Assembly: GCA_965279375.1 (NCBI GenBank)
Contig: OZ257156.1
Coordinates: forward strand, 192,001-256,000
From: Gemmatimonas sp.
GTDB taxonomy: Bacteria; Gemmatimonadota; Gemmatimonadetes; Gemmatimonadales; Gemmatimonadaceae
Direction of reading: 5' to 3'
Length of the DNA: 64,000 nt
This document shows, piece by piece, positions 59,232 to 64,000 of the stretch (positions are counted from its first letter, which is position 1; the number at the start of each line of letters is the position of its first letter). A program made the position numbers and the translations under genes. The notes beneath the pieces were generated by a model. That model was given only the letters and a program-made list of their open reading frames with translations, had not been told where the DNA came from and did no database searches.

Positions 59232-60203
59232 GTGCGAGTACGCTGGCTTGCGACCGCCGCCGTCGCGGCATCGACCCTTGGCTCCCCTGTAACGGCCCAA
59301 GGCGGTGCTCATCTGAACCCAACCGTCGACCTGCTGGCCAAGAAGCAGCCGGTCTTTGGCCTCTATGCCCCGGCCAATCGCCGCGCCGGTCGCGGCGCTC
59401 CGGCGCTCCCGCCTGATTCAGTCAAGTCGCCGGCCCAGCTTGCCCAGGAGGCGATGGCCAACAAGACGGCCGACTACATCTTCGACGGCACGATGGAAGG
59501 CAACTTCGACGCCGGGTACACCTTCTTCTCCGAGTTCGCCAAGGGCATGGCCGCGGCCGGTCCCAGCTCGAAGGACCGTTTCCGTCAACCGCTCGTGGTG
59601 AAGACGCCGGAGATCGCGCCGGATACGGTCCTCGCGGCAACGCGTATCGCCAAGCAGCTCAATCTGGGTGTCAGCACGATCGTCTTCGTGGGCGTCGAGA
59701 GCGCCAAGGAAGTCGAGCAGGGTCTCCGCATGATGCGCTTCAAGTCACATGGCGGCATTCGCCCGGATGACGTGGGCGGCGCACCCGCGCAGTGGGGGAT
59801 GAGCGAGAAGGACTACAAGGCCAAGGCTGATCTGTGGCCGCTCAACCCCAAGGGCGAGATCACCAACTGGACGATCGTCGAGAGCAAGGAAGGGCTCGCG
59901 CACATTCGCGAGATCGCGGCCGTGAAGGGCATTGGTGCGCTCTTCCCTGGTGCCGGCACGCTGCGCGGCGTTTTCAGCACGACCGACGCTGCCGGCAAGC
60001 GCACCTTCGACGAAGCTGCGTGGGAAGCGGCGATCCAGTCAGTGCTCGCCGCCTGCAAGGAGTTCAATGTGCCCTGCGGCTACCCGGCCACCGCCACCGA
60101 CATCGAGATGCGCATGAAGCAGGGCTTCAGCGTCTTCGTCATCGGATGGGGTGAACCGGGATTCAAGGCCGTCGACATCGGCCGCAAGGCGGCCGGTCGT
60201 TAA
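59232..60203 (+). CDS. HpcH/HpaI aldolase-fold protein with signal peptide
   Basis: QLNLGV, VES, TIVESKEGL...EIAAV.GI..LFPG and ACKEFNVPCG; GGAG before GTG. Confidence 0.75.
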   Translation: MRVRWLATAAVAASTLGSPVTAQGGAHLNPTVDLLAKKQPVFGLYAPANRRAGRGAPALPPDSVKSPAQLAQEAMANKTADYIFDGTMEGNFDAGYTFFSEFAKGMAAAGPSSKDRFRQPLVVKTPEIAPDTVLAATRIAKQLNLGVSTIVFVGVESAKEVEQGLRMMRFKSHGGIRPDDVGGAPAQWGMSEKDYKAKADLWPLNPKGEITNWTIVESKEGLAHIREIAAVKGIGALFPGAGTLRGVFSTTDAAGKRTFDEAAWEAAIQSVLAACKEFNVPCGYPATATDIEMRMKQGFSVFVIGWGEPGFKAVDIGRKAAGR

Positions 60204-60226
60204 GCAAGTGCAGTTAGACCGCTGAG

Positions 60227-61168
60227 TTAGTTTCCTGCCGTCATGCCCATGAAGCCGCGGATCTGCTTGACGGCGTAGGACACTTTCAGCTCGAATGCCT
60301 TCTTGCCCAGCTCCTTGCTGGCACGACGCGCATCACCAGTAATGCCATTGTTCACGCGCGGCGCGTTCGGATCGCGCCGCGTGCCCGGCGGCAACACGGG
60401 ATCGCCGAGCGCGGTCTTGATCAGCTCCTTGCGCACCCACACATCACCACCGAGGAACAGCATGGTGGACGTATCGGGAATGCCCGCGTGTGAGCTGCTG
60501 GGATAGCCCTGCGACTGCAGCCACTTGTCGAAGTCGCCCTGTGCCTTGGCGTACACTTCGTCGCAGTAGTACACGTGAATGTTCTGCGGCGCGTACTTCT
60601 CGTCGAGCTTCTTGGCGACCGCTGCGTACACGTTGGGCTGTCCGCCGCCGTGATCGCCCATCAGCACCACGCTCGTGAATCCGGTGACGATGGCCTGCTC
60701 AGCCAAGCGCTCGAGAATCGCACCCAACAGCTCCGGCGTGAGTCCGATCGTTCCCGGCAGCGTCGCACTCGCATTGTTGGGCGTGTACGGCAGCACCGGC
60801 ATCGCGATCGCGTTTCCCAGTTCCAGCGCGATCTGCTTGACGATCGCCTTGCCCATCAGGTTGTGGCCACCGTTGGCGTTCTGCGGACCACGCTGTTCAG
60901 TGCCGCCCGTGTAGAACAGCGCCGTCTTCTTCCCTGCTTCCATCGCGGCCTTCACTTCGGGCCACGTCATGATCTCGAACTCGACCAACGGATCCTTGGC
61001 CGGGCGATGCTTGGTGACCGTCGCATCCGGTCGCGCATAGGTGCTGGTATACGCAGCGGCCGGCGACGCGGCGATCAGCGTGCTTGCCAGCGCGAGTCCG
61101 ACGGCGCGTACGGCGTGTCGCGGCCGTGCGCTGCGAGTCAACAACGACATGCGTGATCTGGTCGACAT
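60227..61168 (-). CDS. Creatininase-family protein with signal peptide
   Basis: MTWPEV, GGTEQ, PGTI, GDHGG, HAG..DTS and GITGD. Confidence 0.85.
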   Translation of the reverse strand: MSTRSRMSLLTRSARPRHAVRAVGLALASTLIAASPAAAYTSTYARPDATVTKHRPAKDPLVEFEIMTWPEVKAAMEAGKKTALFYTGGTEQRGPQNANGGHNLMGKAIVKQIALELGNAIAMPVLPYTPNNASATLPGTIGLTPELLGAILERLAEQAIVTGFTSVVLMGDHGGGQPNVYAAVAKKLDEKYAPQNIHVYYCDEVYAKAQGDFDKWLQSQGYPSSSHAGIPDTSTMLFLGGDVWVRKELIKTALGDPVLPPGTRRDPNAPRVNNGITGDARRASKELGKKAFELKVSYAVKQIRGFMGMTAGN

Positions 61169-61185
61169 GGGAAATTCTCCGTGAG

Positions 61186-61227
61186 AAAAAGGGAAGCCGG
61201 CCGACGATCTCTCGCCGCCCGGCTCCT
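61186..61227 (-). terminator. Hairpin terminator after SusD-like gene 3
   Basis: GGAAGCCGG...CCGGCTCC stem followed on the minus strand by TTTTT. Confidence 0.55.
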
Positions 61228-61247
61228 CGTGGATCGACTACCGCAGG

Positions 61248-62609
61248 TTACGCCTTGCGATCGATGCAGCCCTTGAAGTCCGGGTTGTTGCGTTCCGTGA
61301 AGGGGATCGGGAAGTTGACGTCAGTCCCGAAGGTCTCACCACGGCGAAGCGGCATCGCGCCGATCGGGAAGACGGTGTCTTCGGTACGCCCGTACTGGCG
61401 GATCAGGCGACGCATGTCACCCAGACGGTGGCCCGTGAGCCACAGCCAGAACGCGCGCTCCTTGAACAGCAGGTCCACGGCCGCCGGCTGCGTCGTGGGC
61501 GATGCCGGCAGCGCCGCCATCGGCGCGGCGAGGCCGGTCGCACGAAGCGTGTTGAGCGCGGCAAACACCGCATCGCGATCGGCCTGCGTGCCGCCCTGCA
61601 AACGGGCTTCGGCCTCGATCAGTCGCGCTTCGATACCATCGGCCAGCACCACGTTCGAATTCTGCGCCGGGTACTTCATTTCGAGGGGCAGGTTCGGATC
61701 GGCGTTGAAGCCCGTGCGGTTGGACGGCTGCCACGGCACACGCGGATCGGCCGGCGTGACGAGGTAGTCAAGTCCATTGACGCCTTCCTTCGTGCCGGCG
61801 GTATAGCGCGAGTTGGCCTGATACGCCCCGTTCCACACGCCGTTCTGCTGGCGTCCAGTCGCCACCGAGTGGTAGACGAAATATTTGTAGCTGGTCGCCA
61901 CACCGGACACTGCCGCGGCGGCCTGAGCAAACTGGCCGAGGTTGAGCAGCGTGCGGGCCTTGCCGATGGCGGCGAGGCTGCGGTAGTTCGTGCCCGTCGC
62001 CAACGTCAGCGCGCTGTCGAATGACGCAGTGGAACGCGCGAGAATCTGTGCCGTCGTCAGCTGCGCGCCGAAGACGGGAGATCCATCCGCCGACGTGGAG
62101 CTGAACGGGACGCCGGAGCAGTACGCCTCGGCGAAGAACCCTTCGCTGAAGCCGCGCAGCGAGTACAGCTCGCTGAGTGAGTCTTTCGCCGCCGCGTTCG
62201 TAGCCGACTTGGCCTTGCTCCACGAACTGATGGCCGACGTCAGACCCGTGCGCGCCAGCTGGAGGTTGTTGTACAACGTGTTGACGGCACCGCCAAGGAT
62301 TTCGTCCTGCCTACGGGCGTCGGTCCGATAGCGATCGGCGAACGTATCCGACGTCTGGATCTCATCGGACATGTTTCCCGTCGACATCAGGAAACCGTCC
62401 TGCGTGCCGGAGAACGACACGACGAAGTCCTGCAGCGCGCCGTTGCGCAGCGTGGTCGCTCCGAGACTGCCGCCGAGGACATCGGCGGCGAGCACGTCCG
62501 GCGTCCCCACGTCGAGAATGTCGTTGGAGCAACCGGCCAACGCGAAAGCGGCGGCGGCCAGAGTGCCGGCCGGGCGAATCACCCGGCGGGCCGTGGAAAT
62601 GAAGCTCAT
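61248..62609 (-). CDS. RagB/SusD-like lipoprotein
   Basis: Lipobox LAGC; DPRV, EARLIEAEA, ERAFWLWLTGHRLGDMRR and FPIP..E.NNP. Confidence 0.9.
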   Translation of the reverse strand: MSFISTARRVIRPAGTLAAAAFALAGCSNDILDVGTPDVLAADVLGGSLGATTLRNGALQDFVVSFSGTQDGFLMSTGNMSDEIQTSDTFADRYRTDARRQDEILGGAVNTLYNNLQLARTGLTSAISSWSKAKSATNAAAKDSLSELYSLRGFSEGFFAEAYCSGVPFSSTSADGSPVFGAQLTTAQILARSTASFDSALTLATGTNYRSLAAIGKARTLLNLGQFAQAAAAVSGVATSYKYFVYHSVATGRQQNGVWNGAYQANSRYTAGTKEGVNGLDYLVTPADPRVPWQPSNRTGFNADPNLPLEMKYPAQNSNVVLADGIEARLIEAEARLQGGTQADRDAVFAALNTLRATGLAAPMAALPASPTTQPAAVDLLFKERAFWLWLTGHRLGDMRRLIRQYGRTEDTVFPIGAMPLRRGETFGTDVNFPIPFTERNNPDFKGCIDRKA

Positions 62610-62622
62610 GTAGTCGCGCGCC

Positions 62623-64000
62623 TCAGAAGGAGAAGTTCATACGAAGCGTGAACGTGCGCAGCGGCGGCGTGGAGAAGTACTCCTCGTTGCCACGCGCGTC
62701 GTTGTTGCTCTGCGCTGCTTCAGGATCGACACCGCTGTACTTGGTGTTCACGCCGAGGTTGCGGCCCGTGAAGATCACGTTCCAGCGGCTGGCGCGCACC
62801 GCGTTCGCCCACTTGGTCGGCAGCTCGTACGAGACCGACGCTTCACGCCAGCGCGTGAAGGAGCCGTCTTCGAACATGCCCGTATACACGGTCTGCGACG
62901 TCGCCAGCGCGGCAGCCTGCATCGCCAGCGGCGCGCTCTTGTCATAGCGGCCACGGCAGGAGATGCCGTTCATGCACATGTGGCGCAGCGTGTTGTTGAA
63001 CTTGAGGAAGTTCCACTTGCGATCGATCTGCGACGAGATACGGAGCTTGTGGTTGAGCAGTTCGATCGACGGCGAGAAGGCCAGTTCGCGCGTCGGGAAC
63101 GTCGCGCCCTGGAACACCGTCGTATCGGTGAACTTCATTTCGCTCAACACGATGATGCCGTCGGCATTCGCGTCGGCGAAGGTGTAGTCCTTGTCCCACA
63201 AGCCGTAGAGCGGGTAGCCCGGCAGGTTGCGCTGCGTGTTGCGATTGCCCGTGGCGATCGGCGACACGCCGTCACCAAGCTTGAGCATCCGGTTCTTGTT
63301 CGTCGAGCCGGTCAACGCGAAGTCGATCGCGATGGCGCTACGGTCGATGACCTTTTGGTTGTAGGTCATCTCGATGCCGGTGTTCTGGATGTTGCCGATG
63401 TTCGCGAACTGGCTGGTCAGGCCGGAGAGCGACGGCGCGATGCCGCGGCTGATCAGCGCATCCGTCGTCTTCTTGTTGTACGACGTCAGTTCGATGTTGC
63501 TGCGACCGGAGAACATGGTGAGGTCGAAGCCCATTTCCGTTTCGGCGGAGAACTCGGGCTTGAGCTGCGTGTTTCCGAGCGAGCCGAGCGAGGCACCCGG
63601 CGTGTCACCACCGTTCGACAACGTGGTCGGGCCGGCGTTGTAGAAGCGCACGGCGTCCGTCGCGCCCGGGATCTGACCCGACGCGCCATACGTGGCGCGC
63701 AAACGCAGCGTGTTGATGAAGTCGGCCTTCGGGAAGAACGACTGGTCGGAGACGACCCACGACGCGCCCAACTTGGGGTAGTACACGGCGTTGAAGTTCT
63801 TACCGAACGCGTTGGCCGCGTCACGACGCACACCCGCGGTCAGGAAGAGCTTCTCGTTGACGTTGATGACTTCTTCGACGTAGTAGCCGAGGGTGCGCTT
63901 TTCCGAGTACGTCTGCGTGCTGGAGCGCGTCGCGGCGGCGGAGACCGTCACGCCACCCGGCGGCAAGCCGATGCCCGTGCCCGTCGTGTTGCCGAACGCC
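62623..64000 (-). CDS. SusC/RagA TonB-dependent transporter (5' part outside window)
   Basis: YYPKLGASW, GNTQLKPE, EDGSF.RWRE, YSGVDPE and terminal NFSF; frame open to the right edge. Confidence 0.93.
   Translation of the reverse strand, partial: AFGNTTGTGIGLPPGGVTVSAAATRSSTQTYSEKRTLGYYVEEVINVNEKLFLTAGVRRDAANAFGKNFNAVYYPKLGASWVVSDQSFFPKADFINTLRLRATYGASGQIPGATDAVRFYNAGPTTLSNGGDTPGASLGSLGNTQLKPEFSAETEMGFDLTMFSGRSNIELTSYNKKTTDALISRGIAPSLSGLTSQFANIGNIQNTGIEMTYNQKVIDRSAIAIDFALTGSTNKNRMLKLGDGVSPIATGNRNTQRNLPGYPLYGLWDKDYTFADANADGIIVLSEMKFTDTTVFQGATFPTRELAFSPSIELLNHKLRISSQIDRKWNFLKFNNTLRHMCMNGISCRGRYDKSAPLAMQAAALATSQTVYTGMFEDGSFTRWREASVSYELPTKWANAVRASRWNVIFTGRNLGVNTKYSGVDPEAAQSNNDARGNEEYFSTPPLRTFTLRMNFSF

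Overview
High-GC bacterial window. Its gene content (SusC/SusD-like pairs, PEP-CTERM proteins, DUF1592/DUF1552/ankyrin operon, membrane-anchored BTAD regulator, barrel-less plug proteins) suggests Gemmatimonadota; this is an inference. It holds about 38 CDS, mostly exported proteins: three SusC/RagA + SusD/RagB pairs; M1, M14, zinc-metallo and PEP-CTERM trypsin peptidases; two VPS10/BNR beta-propeller proteins; a vanadium haloperoxidase coupled to an FG-GAP/ASPIC lipoprotein; octaheme-TPR and diheme cytochromes; CotH kinase; nitrilase; dienelactone hydrolase; TesB; and cyclophilin. I saw no rRNA, tRNA, CRISPR array or transposase. The main non-coding signals are: a 237-bp foldback element in two ~90%-identical copies 39.6 kb apart; GGATAC-core palindromes and patterned microsatellites in convergent gene gaps; TANNNT boxes 5-7 nt before seven start codons (probable leaderless mRNAs); a SARP-type operator in front of a PEP-CTERM gene; and five helically phased TGACG repeats over a peptidase promoter. 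All family assignments come from motif recognition by eye, not database searches.
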